Positions 9,673-19,242 of a stretch of 64,000 nt of DNA are shown in pieces. Position 1 is the stretch's first letter; every line of letters starts with the position of its first letter. A program made the position numbers and the translations under genes. The DNA is taken from IMG/VR virus record IMGVR_UViG_3300022700_000179, positions 1-64,000 of that record. One strand, written 5' to 3'. The notes under the pieces were generated by a model. The model did not search any database, was not told the DNA's origin, and was given only the letters and a program-made list of their open reading frames with translations. The DNA is from a virus.

Positions 9673-9867
9673 TTCGGTTCTGAAATTGGATATTCCATGT
9701 TTCTGAAAGCTCTTCGAGAATCCCTCCCTGGCATTTTTCTGGTTGTCTCTGCTTCAGCTTTAGGTTACATAACTCCAGATTTTCATGTGGTCTACGCTTG
9801 GATTGTAGTGTTCGGGATCTACGCTGCCGTAGTTTTGTCACCATTGCAGTAACCAAGGAGCGCGTCT

Positions 9868-10071
9868 ATGGATATATTAACAGAGAGTGAGAAACCGGAG
9901 ATTAGACAGGTAATCAGACAGATTAACGAGATATTTGAGTCGGGTCTTCAGAACACCAAGAATATACGATGTCCACGTTGTGGTACTGTTATTAGTTATT
10001 GGAAAGACATTGATGGTGACGAGCAGTGTTACGCTGACTGCCCAGCGGACTCTTGCAGTTTTAGCTTCTAA
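9868..10071 (+). CDS. small Zn-ribbon protein
   Basis: RBS AAGGAG; CPRC...CPADSC. Confidence 0.6.
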   Translation: MDILTESEKPEIRQVIRQINEIFESGLQNTKNIRCPRCGTVISYWKDIDGDEQCYADCPADSCSFSF

Positions 10072-10086
10072 TCATTGTTATCTTAT

Positions 10087-10173
10087 GGTAGGTTGGCCGA
10101 ACTGGTGAAGGCGCGGCACTGGAAATGCCGTGTACGGTGTAACGTACTGGGGGTTCGAGTCCCCCACCTACCG
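10087..10173 (+). tRNA. tRNA-Ser(GGA)
   Basis: CGGCA-CTGGAAA-TGCCG anticodon arm, long variable arm, GTTCGAG T-loop. Confidence 0.93.
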
Positions 10174-10176
10174 TGA

Positions 10177-10249
10177 GCGGGAGTAACTCAATTGGTAGAG
10201 TGTCAGCCTTCCAAGCTGAACGTTGCGGGTTCGAGTCCCGTTTCCCGCT
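10177..10249 (+). tRNA. tRNA-Gly(TCC)
   Basis: GCGGGAG/TTCCCGC, TCAGC-CTTCCAA-GCTGA. Confidence 0.95.
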
Positions 10250-10265
10250 TTCAGGAGCTAGCAGT

Positions 10266-11628
10266 ATGTATAAACCTTCAGAAATAATAAAGTATGCTGG
10301 CGGTTACTATCGTCTGGTGGAGGAGTACATTTCGTACCATAACGCGATCTACAAGCTTGCCAGCCTCGCGGAGAAAGAGGTGGAGAAGCTTTTCAAGGAG
10401 ATCTTGCCTGAAACTGGTTTTGCCGGTCATGTGTTTATGGTTTATTGCATTCAAGGATGACGTGAACTACGGTGGGAAAACATTCAAAACTAGTGGTGCC
10501 GGGATTGACGTAGCTGAGTCTCAGAAAGAGGGATTTCCGGACCCAAACTCCAGGCAGCGCGAGGTTGAGTTTGGGACAATTTTTGAAGATATGGAACGGA
10601 GGGACTTTACCGTAAACCAGTTGATGAAGGATATGGCGACGGGAAAGATAATAGATTTATCTGGGCAGGGGGTTAGTGATATTAAGAAAGGTGTTTTGCG
10701 TACGCACCCCAAAGTGAAACCTGACAAGGTTTTTCAGGATGATCCCTTGCGGATGATGCGTTTAGTCCGTTTCATTGCCAAATATGGATGGAAGGCAGCG
10801 CCTGAAGTCACTGAAGCTGTAAAGAGAAATGCGGACCGTATTGAGATAATTTCTGGTGAGCGCATTCAGGGTGAGCTAGTCAAGATTATGAACTTAGGCA
10901 AGACGGCTCAAGCTGTTCGTTTTATGCGCGACACGGGACTTTTGAAGTATGTGTTGCCTGAGATTGACGCTCTTAGAGGTATAGAGCAGGCAAAGGAGCA
11001 TCATTCTGAGGGTGATGTATTTGAGCATACCATGCTTGTTTTGGAGAATGCTAAACCTACATTAACTGCGCAGTTGGCTGCACTGCTGCACGATGCGGGC
11101 AAGCCTACTACACAAGAGTTTATTGGGGATAAGATACAATTTTTAGGACACGATGCAGTTTCCGGTGAGATCGCCGAAGCTATGCTGCGCCGACTTAAGT
11201 TTGATAACAAGACTATCAAGAAAATACGTTTTCTGGTTGAGAATCATATGCGTATGATCGACGCGGATCGATGGGGCCCTAAGGCGGCGCGCAAATTCAT
11301 TCGCGAAATTGGTGAAGAGCTTGAAGACTTGTTAGATTTGCATGATGCTGATTCCGCTGGGTCTATTACCCCAGAGGGTACACCAGCCAAGTCAAGCGGT
11401 CCGATTGTACGAGAGAAGCTCAAGCAAGTACAGGAGATACCAGTACGCACGCAGCCTATACTTGATGGTAATACTGTAATGGACATCCTCGGCATTACTC
11501 CTGGACCAGAGGTAGGGAGGGCTATGAACTGGCTACAGGAAAAAGTGGACGGCTACGCCGATGAGGGAAAAGAGATGTCCCCTGAAGAGGCCGCTAGACT
11601 TCTACGGACTGAATATACGATAGGGTAG
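10266..11628 (+). pseudogene. cca: CCA-adding enzyme/poly(A) polymerase-family nucleotidyltransferase with HD domain, disrupted by deletion and frameshift near 10435-10442
   Basis: RRDFTVN, DDPLRMMRLVRF, ERIQGEL, HD motif ALLHDAGK; N-terminus (ATG 10266, RBS AGGAG) is in another frame and the GGxVRD/DxD motif is missing. Confidence 0.8.
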
Positions 11629-11638
11629 CCCCAGTAGT

Positions 11639-12223
11639 ATGGTTGACCAGTGGCTAAATAGGATTTTGCAGGTTACTGAGGCTAGCCTATCAGCCTCAAT
11701 TGCAGAGGTAGAGGCTCCGGAAAGTATCCGGTATAAAGGACGTATATATCGTAAGCAATCTGATATTCTAAAGGGCACCGCGGACTACACCGTACGCACG
11801 GTTACTCCTAGCAGTTATGAATATGTACTAGTTCCTTATGTGCAATATATACAAGAAGTTCCTTCTCTTTCGTACGATGCGCCTTTTACCCTCAGATTGG
11901 AGGTTAACCCAGTTGCACCTAGCTCTATTAAGCTCTATGCAAAGCAGCCCTTTTCTACTGAACCTCTTTTAATCGGTGAGGACGATGGTCAGGGTAGTAT
12001 TTTGCCTCGTAGGTGGGGTTATATATCTAATGGGAATATTTACTACAATGACGGGGAGCTGACACTGCAGTTAACTGGGCAGTTTTATACTACGTCAGGT
12101 GATGGCAGCGCAGTGTTAGCTGTGTATTATAATCGATTGGAAGTTAAGCAGGCTTACCACAAGTCGGCTAGAGGAGGTTCAATCAAGTCTATACAGGCCG
12201 ATGAACTTGACATAGATGAATAA
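11639..12223 (+). CDS. probable structural protein with tag motif and beta-rich tail/baseplate-like domain
   Basis: PESIRYKGRIYRKQ; EDDGQGS...GNIYYNDGELTL. Confidence 0.6.
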   Translation: MVDQWLNRILQVTEASLSASIAEVEAPESIRYKGRIYRKQSDILKGTADYTVRTVTPSSYEYVLVPYVQYIQEVPSLSYDAPFTLRLEVNPVAPSSIKLYAKQPFSTEPLLIGEDDGQGSILPRRWGYISNGNIYYNDGELTLQLTGQFYTTSGDGSAVLAVYYNRLEVKQAYHKSARGGSIKSIQADELDIDE

Positions 12224-12263
12224 CAACCGCTGTTGCTACTGCTGATACTACTGAGGTGAGATA

Positions 12264-12440
12264 ATGCGGTGGATCCATGAGAATTGGTTACGTATCGTTG
12301 GGTTACTTGTTCCATTTGAGCTAATTGACCGTTGTACGGTACAATCGAACATTCCGTTGTCTGTTCTACTGATTGTAGGGGTTTTTGGGATCGTACTTTC
12401 GGTTTTTAAGGAGCCAGAAGATGATTGCCATTCTACGTAA
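12264..12440 (+). CDS. small membrane protein
   Basis: 58 codons, RBS GAGGTG, hydrophobic LLIVGVFGIVLSVF. Confidence 0.4.
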   Translation: MRWIHENWLRIVGLLVPFELIDRCTVQSNIPLSVLLIVGVFGIVLSVFKEPEDDCHST

Positions 12441-12545
12441 AATTGCTGAATGGGTGGTTGAGAACATCACTTTTCTGTGTAGCTCTTGCGTCTCTCTTGT
12501 GTTTTTGTTTCTGGTGATGTTAAGTTATTCATTTGTATGCCTTAG

Positions 12546-12618
12546 ACCGGGATAGCTCAGTGGTTGAGCAGAGAAGGTTCATATCATTCGTACGTGGGCT
12601 TGATTCTTGCTCTTGGTA
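12546..12618 (+). pseudogene. degenerate tRNA (CAT anticodon)
   Basis: ACCGGGA-TAGCTCAGTGGTTGAGC...TTCATAT...TCTTGGT-A; T-loop and anticodon stem mismatched. Confidence 0.4.
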
Positions 12619-12622
12619 GTGT

Positions 12623-12690
12623 AGGTCGCGTGCTGGGCACAGGAAAGACTCCAAATCTTTCCTTGCGGGGTTCGATTCCCTGGCGGCCTG
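12623..12690 (+). tRNA. atypical tRNA-Trp(CCA), 68 nt
   Basis: AGGTCGC/GCGGCCT acceptor, mini D-arm GTGC-TGG-GCAC, 7-8 bp anticodon stem around CTCCAAA, canonical TTCGATT T-loop. Confidence 0.7.
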
Positions 12691-12706
12691 TTTTCCTTTA
12701 GGAGCT

Positions 12707-13117
12707 GTGATGTCACATATGTTATCTATGGTAATCAGGTACTTTTCAAAAATACCGATACCGAAGGAAGATGAGAGTCTGTACCAAGCTCTCGACGAGC
12801 TAGTAGAGCTGTTTCCTGAGGGTCAGCGGGCACTGGTAAAGATACAATATAGCGAGCAACTCTTATGCATATTGTCGCGTTATGCTGTCAGTTACGGCCT
12901 GGGAACGGTGACCCCACATATACTCCGTAAGCTAGTTGGTGTAATGGATGAGGGCAATCTGTCCACAGCAGACCTGCTGGAGCTTGCAGATGTTCTTGGC
13001 AAGCAGCAAGTGATACCTGGGCAGCTAGATGCAACGGACTTTGATGACGAAGATCTGCAAGAAACAGACCCACAGGTACCCCATCTGATGTCCGGGAACG
13101 AAAAACCTACGGTATAA
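12707..13117 (+). CDS. hypothetical protein
   Basis: 136-aa ORF with RBS AGGAG. Confidence 0.65.
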   Translation: MMSHMLSMVIRYFSKIPIPKEDESLYQALDELVELFPEGQRALVKIQYSEQLLCILSRYAVSYGLGTVTPHILRKLVGVMDEGNLSTADLLELADVLGKQQVIPGQLDATDFDDEDLQETDPQVPHLMSGNEKPTV

Positions 13118-13150
13118 GACTTTGATTTGTTTGTGTCCGCGCTTTTACTG

Positions 13151-13179
13151 TTGACACATACCTCTGGGTGCATTATGGT
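13151..13179 (+). promoter_or_regulatory. sigma70-type promoter
   Basis: TTGACA-17 bp-TATGGT. Confidence 0.6.
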
Positions 13180-13210
13180 TTGAGGCAGTTAACTGCACAG
13201 GAGTACTGCG

Positions 13211-13627
13211 GTGATGTTTTATGTTTTAGACCAAAATAAAAACGCTGTCAAGGTGTCAGATTTGCCTTCTGATTTCTTCGTCAACATAGAGGATCGCAGG
13301 GTCGCCTTAGACAAAGGTGTGGGTGACTACGATGTCTCTACAGTATTTTTGGGTATAGATCATGACTATTTTAGTTCTGGTCCTCCTATGCTGTTTGAGA
13401 CAATGGTTTTCTTTAAAGGTACGTACAACGAGTGCAATTGCTATCGCTACTCAACCTGGGAAGAAGCGGAGGAATGTCATAAGCAGATTGTAGGATTTCT
13501 AGAGTCTGGCGGTTCATTGTCAAATCTGCACCTTTCGTTTACTGGGGGTGCAGATACTTGTGATGTGGTAAACCTCAAACCTTATGCAGAGCGTGCCAGG
13601 CTGATTCTTGACGATGCCGGGAAGTAG
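13211..13627 (+). CDS. conserved phage hypothetical protein
   Basis: VSTVFLGIDH...FETMVF...RYSTWEEA motif common in phage small proteins. Confidence 0.7.
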   Translation: MMFYVLDQNKNAVKVSDLPSDFFVNIEDRRVALDKGVGDYDVSTVFLGIDHDYFSSGPPMLFETMVFFKGTYNECNCYRYSTWEEAEECHKQIVGFLESGGSLSNLHLSFTGGADTCDVVNLKPYAERARLILDDAGK

Positions 13628-13691
13628 TCCAATCTGGTAGGACGCGGCGTTTGGGTCGCCGAAGTTGCAGGTTCAAATCCTGTCTTCCCGA
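13618..13691 (+). tRNA. tRNA-Pro(TGG)
   Basis: CGGGAAG/CTTCCCG, CGGCG-TTTGGGT-CGCCG. Confidence 0.93.
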
Positions 13692-13755
13692 TAGTAAGCA
13701 GGGATAGCTAAGACCAACACTAAATGGGCCCTGCCCATCCATTTAGTGTCTTCAC

Positions 13756-14126
13756 GGGCCCGAAATGGTTTCGACAGGGATGAATGAAGCTCTAGCTGCA
13801 ACCGGAGGATTCTAGGAACCTCCTCAAACTCCTAGAAAACAGAAACGCGAACGACAACAACGTTCCCATGGAGGTCGCTGAGGCGGCATAACTCCATCGT
13901 CCTGCTGGGAGCCCTGCCTATGGCATTCAGCGAGGGCGTCGTTAAAGTAGGCTAGCTTTCTGGGAATCTTGTAGCGGACGAAGAGAGCGAACACCTTTAG
14001 CTACTACGCCGATGCTAGGTCGTTACCCTACCTCGTGCAAAGGCGAAATGTCAGAAAGTGGTAACTATGGTTGTAGACGCTACAGTGGATCATTTCTGGA
14101 CCCCGGTTCGATTCCGGGCGGGTCCA
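13756..14126 (+). ncRNA. ssrA: tmRNA, tag peptide ANDNNVPMEVAEAA (13847-13891)
   Basis: 5' GGGCCCGAAATGGTTTCGAC, G3-U70 acceptor pair, 3' T-arm GGTTCGATTCC, resume codon GCG after AAAC, tag ending AA*. Confidence 0.93.
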
Positions 14127-14191
14127 ACTTCTTATAACGTTACACTTCCCTATACTGTAAACTACACGAGTACAACGACAAGAGGGTACTG

Positions 14192-14656
14192 ATGCCACCT
14201 TCCGATGACACCAGCAATTTTCCAAAAAGGACCCCATTCAAGCGCAAGCCATACAAGCGTACTGTAAAACTGAACGGTCGTAGAGGCCGCTTGATAAAGC
14301 TTGGCGCTTTTTGGGGTAACAACGATAAGAACGGGCAAGTATATCTGTCTGGGCGTCTTGGTCAGAGTCCTGTTATGCTGTTTCAGAACGCGTACAAGGA
14401 GAAGGACAAGCAGCCAGACTATTTTCTTTACCTGATTACTGATCCTTTAGAGGAGGATCTTCAAGACGTCCTTGGTGTTGAGAGGAGCCCCAAGGAAATT
14501 AAAAACCCACTACCCGCAGATAAAACAACCAAAAATCCATACTCGGCTCCACGTTACCTTGTTCTTGAAGATATTCCTGTGGAGGAAACGAGCCCGTATG
14601 ATCCATTTGGAGAGGTAAACCCACTTGAGGATGACGACGATGTCTGGGAATCCTGA
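14192..14656 (+). CDS. hypothetical protein, possible small ssDNA/RNA-binding (DUF736/PC4-like) fold with acidic tail
   Basis: LGAFWGNNDKNGQVYLSGRL...KQPDY; acidic C-terminus. Confidence 0.55.
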   Translation: MPPSDDTSNFPKRTPFKRKPYKRTVKLNGRRGRLIKLGAFWGNNDKNGQVYLSGRLGQSPVMLFQNAYKEKDKQPDYFLYLITDPLEEDLQDVLGVERSPKEIKNPLPADKTTKNPYSAPRYLVLEDIPVEETSPYDPFGEVNPLEDDDDVWES

Positions 14657-14876
14657 TTACCAAGAGTTTCTAACTCTTTTGCATCTGTACGACCAATTCT
14701 CCAAATTCAACTCGGTTTCTTGCGGCAGTATTCATTATGCTGATCAGGCAGGCGTTCCATTGGCGGAGTGGGATAGACTACTTTCACGGACCAAGACTCA
14801 GATTATAAAGGACATCGGTAGTTACATGTCGCGTGTTGCCGGATATTCTGCTGTAAGGGATCAACAAATTGAGTGA
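14640..14876 (+). CDS. hypothetical protein
   Basis: fills the gap in an operon-like series. Confidence 0.5.
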   Translation: MSGNPDYQEFLTLLHLYDQFSKFNSVSCGSIHYADQAGVPLAEWDRLLSRTKTQIIKDIGSYMSRVAGYSAVRDQQIE

Positions 14877-15177
14877 TGACAAACAATTATCCGTTTGTCC
14901 TTCTTGTAAGAAAAAAGGAGGACGTTTTAGCTTTCATGGCAGTTTAGTCAACCGGGAGATACTTTGCCCGGTTTGCGGTTGGGTTACTAAACTGGAGGAT
15001 GAGACAGGTAACGAGTCTATACCAAAAATGTGTGGGCGGTGCTGGAACAGGGATGTGATGTTGCATGCCTACATACGTAATGCCAAAACCACGTGCGAAA
15101 GCTGTGGTGAAGTTGTGAGGTTTGATAGTGCTGTCCCAGTTAGGTGGCCGGTTAAGCGGATTAACTTTAAAGGGTAG
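14869..15177 (+). CDS. Zn-finger protein
   Basis: four CxxC pairs. Confidence 0.6.
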   Translation: MSDDKQLSVCPSCKKKGGRFSFHGSLVNREILCPVCGWVTKLEDETGNESIPKMCGRCWNRDVMLHAYIRNAKTTCESCGEVVRFDSAVPVRWPVKRINFKG

Positions 15178-15589
15178 TACAATACAACAGGTACGCTTCT
15201 TTTCTCAAGAGGAAGCATGTGAACTAGTAGGCAGTGTATTCACAGGCATGATATCTATTACAGGGCTAGACAGTGCACCAGCTCCGTTGGATGATGGATG
15301 GGCTTCTGTACTGCGTTTGCAGTTTGACGATATAGATCGTCATTGGCAGAACTACCATCCTATAACTGATGAACAATCTGGTGAAATTTTATCCTGGTTA
15401 GCCCGTTATGAGGATATACTGCGTGCTGTTTACGTGCATTGTGCGCAGGGGCAGTCTAGGTCAGCGGCTGTAGCATTGTTCATTGCAAATTTGTATGATC
15501 TGAAGATGGACGAGCGCCACGCAAGATTTTATAATCAATACGTGTATGACTGTCTGTGTCGTAAATACGAGGAGTACTTTCTTGGCTGA
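15122..15589 (+). CDS. protein-tyrosine/dual-specificity phosphatase-like protein
   Basis: HCAQGQSRS (CX5R) and LQFDDI motifs. Confidence 0.8.
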   Translation: MIVLSQLGGRLSGLTLKGSTIQQVRFFSQEEACELVGSVFTGMISITGLDSAPAPLDDGWASVLRLQFDDIDRHWQNYHPITDEQSGEILSWLARYEDILRAVYVHCAQGQSRSAAVALFIANLYDLKMDERHARFYNQYVYDCLCRKYEEYFLG

Positions 15590-15926
15590 CTCTTGAACTG
15601 CTAGACTCCGTGCGTTGCGGCGTATCTTTGGTGGGGTGGGGTGTGAATATACCGTAGCTATTCGTAGGTACTGATTAGGTATCAAAAGAATGCGGTCTGG
15701 TGAAGATAGGGTCTGACGGTACTATTATAAAATCGGGTCTTGAACACAAAGACCGTACTTTATGCACGGTAGTAAAGTCTGTGTATCCGGAGGCTGCACA
15801 TATCACTACCTGTTTTCCTGCCTATTCTGTAATAGTAAAATACTATTGTTATTATGTACCCTTCCAGTGCAGCTTCCATTTGCTAGTTACATATGGCGAA
15901 ATTATGGAAACAAGGAGGTTGATTTT

Positions 15927-16181
15927 ATGTCCAAATCAACGCAGGATGGTTACCACCGTCTTTCCACTTTTGAAGATTTTGTGGAGACCATAAATTGTAT
16001 AGAACAGATAGATACCGTAAAATATTCGTGTAAAAACCCAGTCGAGAGCAAGCCCGTATATGTAGCTCTATGGTCGACCAAGCTTAACAAAGGTTTCGGC
16101 GGTTCCTACGTATCCAAAAATACATTTGATAAACTAAAGGCAAAATATGACGCGGATCTCGTTTTTGTGCGAACGTTGTAG
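15927..16181 (+). CDS. hypothetical protein
   Basis: ATG after AAGGAGG within ORF 15762-16181. Confidence 0.5.
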   Translation: MSKSTQDGYHRLSTFEDFVETINCIEQIDTVKYSCKNPVESKPVYVALWSTKLNKGFGGSYVSKNTFDKLKAKYDADLVFVRTL

Positions 16182-16217
16182 AAAAGTGCTTGACTTTTAT
16201 GTGGTGTTGGTTGTACT

Positions 16218-16589
16218 GTGCCTATCGATGTATTTTCACTTAATACAATTGCAAAAGGACAGCGCGCCATGTGTCTGCTGATACAAGATCAACAATTACG
16301 GTCTGATGTTAAGGTTGTAGTTTCCGCATTTACCGGGGAGAGGCGGACGTTTACTGGCTACGAGATTTACAAGGAGTTACGGGCTTCCGGGAACGTGCCG
16401 GCGAACAGAACTAGGTTACATGTCAGTTTTCACGTCCGTGAGCTGTTTAATGCCCGAGACCCTGCCTTTCGTGCGTATGGGTCCTATCCGGTACCGGAAG
16501 GGCCGTTGCTGTTCTTTCCCGTGCCGGAAGAGGTCTTGAACCATGGGGACGAAATCATTCAAGAAATCAAAGAGAAGACATCAACCTAA
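16218..16589 (+). CDS. hypothetical protein
   Basis: ORF downstream of TTGACT..TACTGT promoter-like site. Confidence 0.55.
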   Translation: MPIDVFSLNTIAKGQRAMCLLIQDQQLRSDVKVVVSAFTGERRTFTGYEIYKELRASGNVPANRTRLHVSFHVRELFNARDPAFRAYGSYPVPEGPLLFFPVPEEVLNHGDEIIQEIKEKTST

Positions 16590-17364
16590 CAGAACCCCAA
16601 CCGAACAAGAGTTGTTCGGTAAATCCAGGCGTTATCGGTACATAGGCGACTCTGGCCCCTCGATATCTGGGTGTACACTGGTTGGCATTTATCGTAATAG
16701 AGTACCCGGTTATATCACTCCTCTGATGGAGAGAATCGGAAATATAGAATATGGTTGGCATGGTACTAGCGCAGACGACCTTAAAAGTATAGCCAGGGAC
16801 GGATTGCTGCGTCCCGTATCTATACGCAGGCGAGGGTTAAAGGCCAAGCGGGTGTTGGGCAGCATGTTCGGACCCGGGATCTACGTGTCACCTTCAATTG
16901 CAAAAGCTTCCACGCACGCAGTTTCTTCCGGCTTCAAATTCTTACTACGTTGTTTGGTATCTTTAGGCACTCCATTGTATCCAACTTCAACGGGTAATAA
17001 GCGGCAGTTTTGTGGTGAAGGACTACCATACGACTCTGTCGTGGCCAACGCCGGTGCGCAATTGGTCGGTTCGTGGGTTTCCAACTTGCGACACGCTGAG
17101 TGGGTTGTATACGATAACCAGCAACTGACAGTTGACGAGATTTACGTATACACAAGAGTACCGCAGTCTGCGGCGCGAAGACCGATTTACTGGGGTCGGT
17201 CGGGTAAAAGGGCAGTTTATGTTCTACATCATCCTTGTAAAAGAGAAGGTAAAACATGTGTTTACGCCTACCATTACTCTGGTTGCATTAAGCATAACAA
17301 AAAAGCTGGATGTAGTGTGAATGGCATGCAATTTTGCCGAGATTTCCGTTTGTCCAGAACGTGA
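16543..17364 (+). CDS. PARP-like (H-Y-E) ADP-ribosyltransferase
   Basis: WHGTS...GSMFGPGIYVS...EWVVYD PARP signature. Confidence 0.75.
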   Translation: MGTKSFKKSKRRHQPNRTPTEQELFGKSRRYRYIGDSGPSISGCTLVGIYRNRVPGYITPLMERIGNIEYGWHGTSADDLKSIARDGLLRPVSIRRRGLKAKRVLGSMFGPGIYVSPSIAKASTHAVSSGFKFLLRCLVSLGTPLYPTSTGNKRQFCGEGLPYDSVVANAGAQLVGSWVSNLRHAEWVVYDNQQLTVDEIYVYTRVPQSAARRPIYWGRSGKRAVYVLHHPCKREGKTCVYAYHYSGCIKHNKKAGCSVNGMQFCRDFRLSRT

Positions 17365-17416
17365 AGAAGTACTGTAAACTATAGTGTACACATACCTTCA
17401 TGGAAAGGAGTTCGAG

Positions 17417-18070
17417 ATGCGGAAGTTGACTTTTCTTTCTGCTGTTCTGTCTTTGTTTTTGTTGGGGTGTCCACCGCCCAATCCGGATAACCCTAAAGAC
17501 AAGTATGCTCCCGGTTTTACCACAGTAACGATGGGTAAGCTTGTTGTACAGACAGCTTATACTGGGTTCAAGAGCTACGTTTCTGTAAAGCAGAACGAGT
17601 GCAATGATGTTGTCTGCGCGAAGCTGCACCCAAATAAAGAGTCCGAAGCATATAAGTCGTGTATGGCTGAGGATCACTCGGGGGTGTCTGAATTCAAAGT
17701 ATGCTACGGAAAATTGGGGGATGTAGAGAAGATTATTGACAAGTCTGTCCCTTTGGCGCTATCACTTCTTAATGATGTGAAGGAGGTGCTGGAGTTGGCG
17801 GTAGACTACGAAGTCGCCAAAGAGGCAGCAAAGAAAGCCGAGGATCCAGAGAAGCTAAAGAGCTTTTGTGGTACTGTTTATCCAGCTAAAGCTGGGGATG
17901 AGTATGAGAAGTGCCTACAAGGTAAACCTCTTAAGCGTCTTGACTGGGTTGCTTTGCTTAGTGGCCGTGCGTGTACGGTTTACTACGCGCTAGCTTTCGT
18001 ACCGAAGCCCTACAACAAATATACAGACCCTGTACGTATGTGGTTTAAGGGTTACGGTAACTGTAAGTAA
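17417..18070 (+). CDS. Cys-rich lipoprotein
   Basis: RBS AAGGAG; signal MRKLTFLSAVLSLFLLG-C lipobox. Confidence 0.75.
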   Translation: MRKLTFLSAVLSLFLLGCPPPNPDNPKDKYAPGFTTVTMGKLVVQTAYTGFKSYVSVKQNECNDVVCAKLHPNKESEAYKSCMAEDHSGVSEFKVCYGKLGDVEKIIDKSVPLALSLLNDVKEVLELAVDYEVAKEAAKKAEDPEKLKSFCGTVYPAKAGDEYEKCLQGKPLKRLDWVALLSGRACTVYYALAFVPKPYNKYTDPVRMWFKGYGNCK

Positions 18071-18101
18071 TTAGTAAAAGCGGGCATATTACTGCCCGTG
18101 T

Positions 18102-18173
18102 TGCGGGATGGTGAAGTGGCATCACGCCTGGTTCATGCCCAGGAGATCGCAGGTTCAATCCCTGCTCCCGCTA
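18102..18173 (+). tRNA. tRNA-Met(CAT), initiator-like
   Basis: CCTGG-TTCATGC-CCAGG; unpaired 1:72 position. Confidence 0.85.
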
Positions 18174-18187
18174 TCAAGGGTATTGAA

Positions 18188-18430
18188 ATGCAAGTTTACA
18201 TTGTTGGGTACTCATTTCCACGTAGTATGCTCTCCGGTGGTTTTGGTTGGGGGCAGTTAGGAATAGTAGGCACCAAAGAAGAAGCGCTAAAGTATTGTAC
18301 TGAACGGGATCATTTTTACATTGAGTGCGAGCTTGGTGCAGTTCTTACGAGTGGTGATATGCTAGATAAGGCCCACTTGGAAGGTAGAATGGTCTTCCCG
18401 AACCGTAGAGCTGTGTCTCAAGATAACTAG
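18188..18430 (+). CDS. hypothetical protein
   Basis: 80-aa ORF between two tRNAs. Confidence 0.55.
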   Translation: MQVYIVGYSFPRSMLSGGFGWGQLGIVGTKEEALKYCTERDHFYIECELGAVLTSGDMLDKAHLEGRMVFPNRRAVSQDN

Positions 18431-18504
18431 GGGATGTGGTCCAGTTGGCTAAAGACGCTGCCCTGTCACGGCAGAGAACGCGGGTTCAAGTCCCGTCATC
18501 CCCG
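18430..18504 (+). tRNA. tRNA-Asp(GTC)
   Basis: GGGGATG/CATCCCC, CTGCC-CTGTCAC-GGCAG. Confidence 0.95.
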
Positions 18505-18557
18505 TTACATACCAACAGCTGCTTGTGTTTTCGTCTGGAAGCGGGTTCGTGAGCAGT

Positions 18558-18629
18558 TGTTGGTTTTATGTCTCTCGTTTAGAGAATCGTTTCTGTTGGT
18601 TTTATGTCTCTCGTTTAGAGAATCGTTTC
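18558..18629. repeat. exact 36-bp tandem duplication
   Basis: TGTTGGTTTTATGTCTCTCGTTTAGAGAATCGTTTC x2. Confidence 0.9.
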
Positions 18630-18630
18630 C

Positions 18631-18702
18631 GGCCCGGTAGGCAAGCGGTTAAGCCATCGGCCTTTCAAGCCGACATCGCGGGTTCAACTCCCGTCCGGGT
18701 CA
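18631..18702 (+). tRNA. tRNA-Glu(TTC)
   Basis: TCGGC-CTTTCAA-GCCGA, cloverleaf. Confidence 0.93.
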
Positions 18703-18756
18703 TCTTCCTCAGACAAATCCTGTTGGCGTCATTATTTTCTTCCTTGAGGTTGACTG

Positions 18757-19242
18757 ATGGGTAAAAAAGACATAGTATTCAGTGTTACTAAGAAGGATCT
18801 GCAAATAGACTACTTTAGATGTGGTGGTAAGGGAGGTCAGAAAGTTAACAAGACCTCTTCTGGATGTCGCATTCGCCACGTTGCTTCTGGTGCGGTTGCC
18901 GAATCTAGAGAGGAGCGGTATCAGCATGCAAACAAAAAGATTGCGTTTAGGCGCCTGGTTGCATCCAAGGAATTTCAAAGTTGGGCGCGTATCCAGGCAG
19001 CGGCGATAGAACAGGGTTATCGAGATGTGGAGGAGAAGGTAGAGAAGTCGATGGCGCCTAATAATCTAAAAGTTGAGCATATAACCACTTATACTTGCGA
19101 CACTTGTGGGAGATCTGAAACTATCACGTCAGTAGATCCTTCTATTGCACCGGAATGGCTTGTGTATGATGGGGACGATCTGTTAAATGCCAATCGGTAT
19201 AGCTGTACTTCGTGTCTAGGTAGGGAGAAGGGGAATGAGTAA
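18757..19242 (+). CDS. class I release-factor-domain (GGQ) peptidyl-tRNA hydrolase-like protein (ArfB/PrfH-like)
   Basis: YFRCGGKGGQKVNKTSSGCRIRH...ERYQHANK. Confidence 0.85.
   Translation: MGKKDIVFSVTKKDLQIDYFRCGGKGGQKVNKTSSGCRIRHVASGAVAESREERYQHANKKIAFRRLVASKEFQSWARIQAAAIEQGYRDVEEKVEKSMAPNNLKVEHITTYTCDTCGRSETITSVDPSIAPEWLVYDGDDLLNANRYSCTSCLGREKGNE

Noticed and set aside
15590-15993. ORF 15700-15993 as a gene
   Set aside because: No RBS, overlaps a better-supported start at 15927; may be a decayed gene but I cannot support it
18558-18629. Second mini CRISPR array (36-bp unit)
   Set aside because: No spacer between the copies and no similarity to the array repeat
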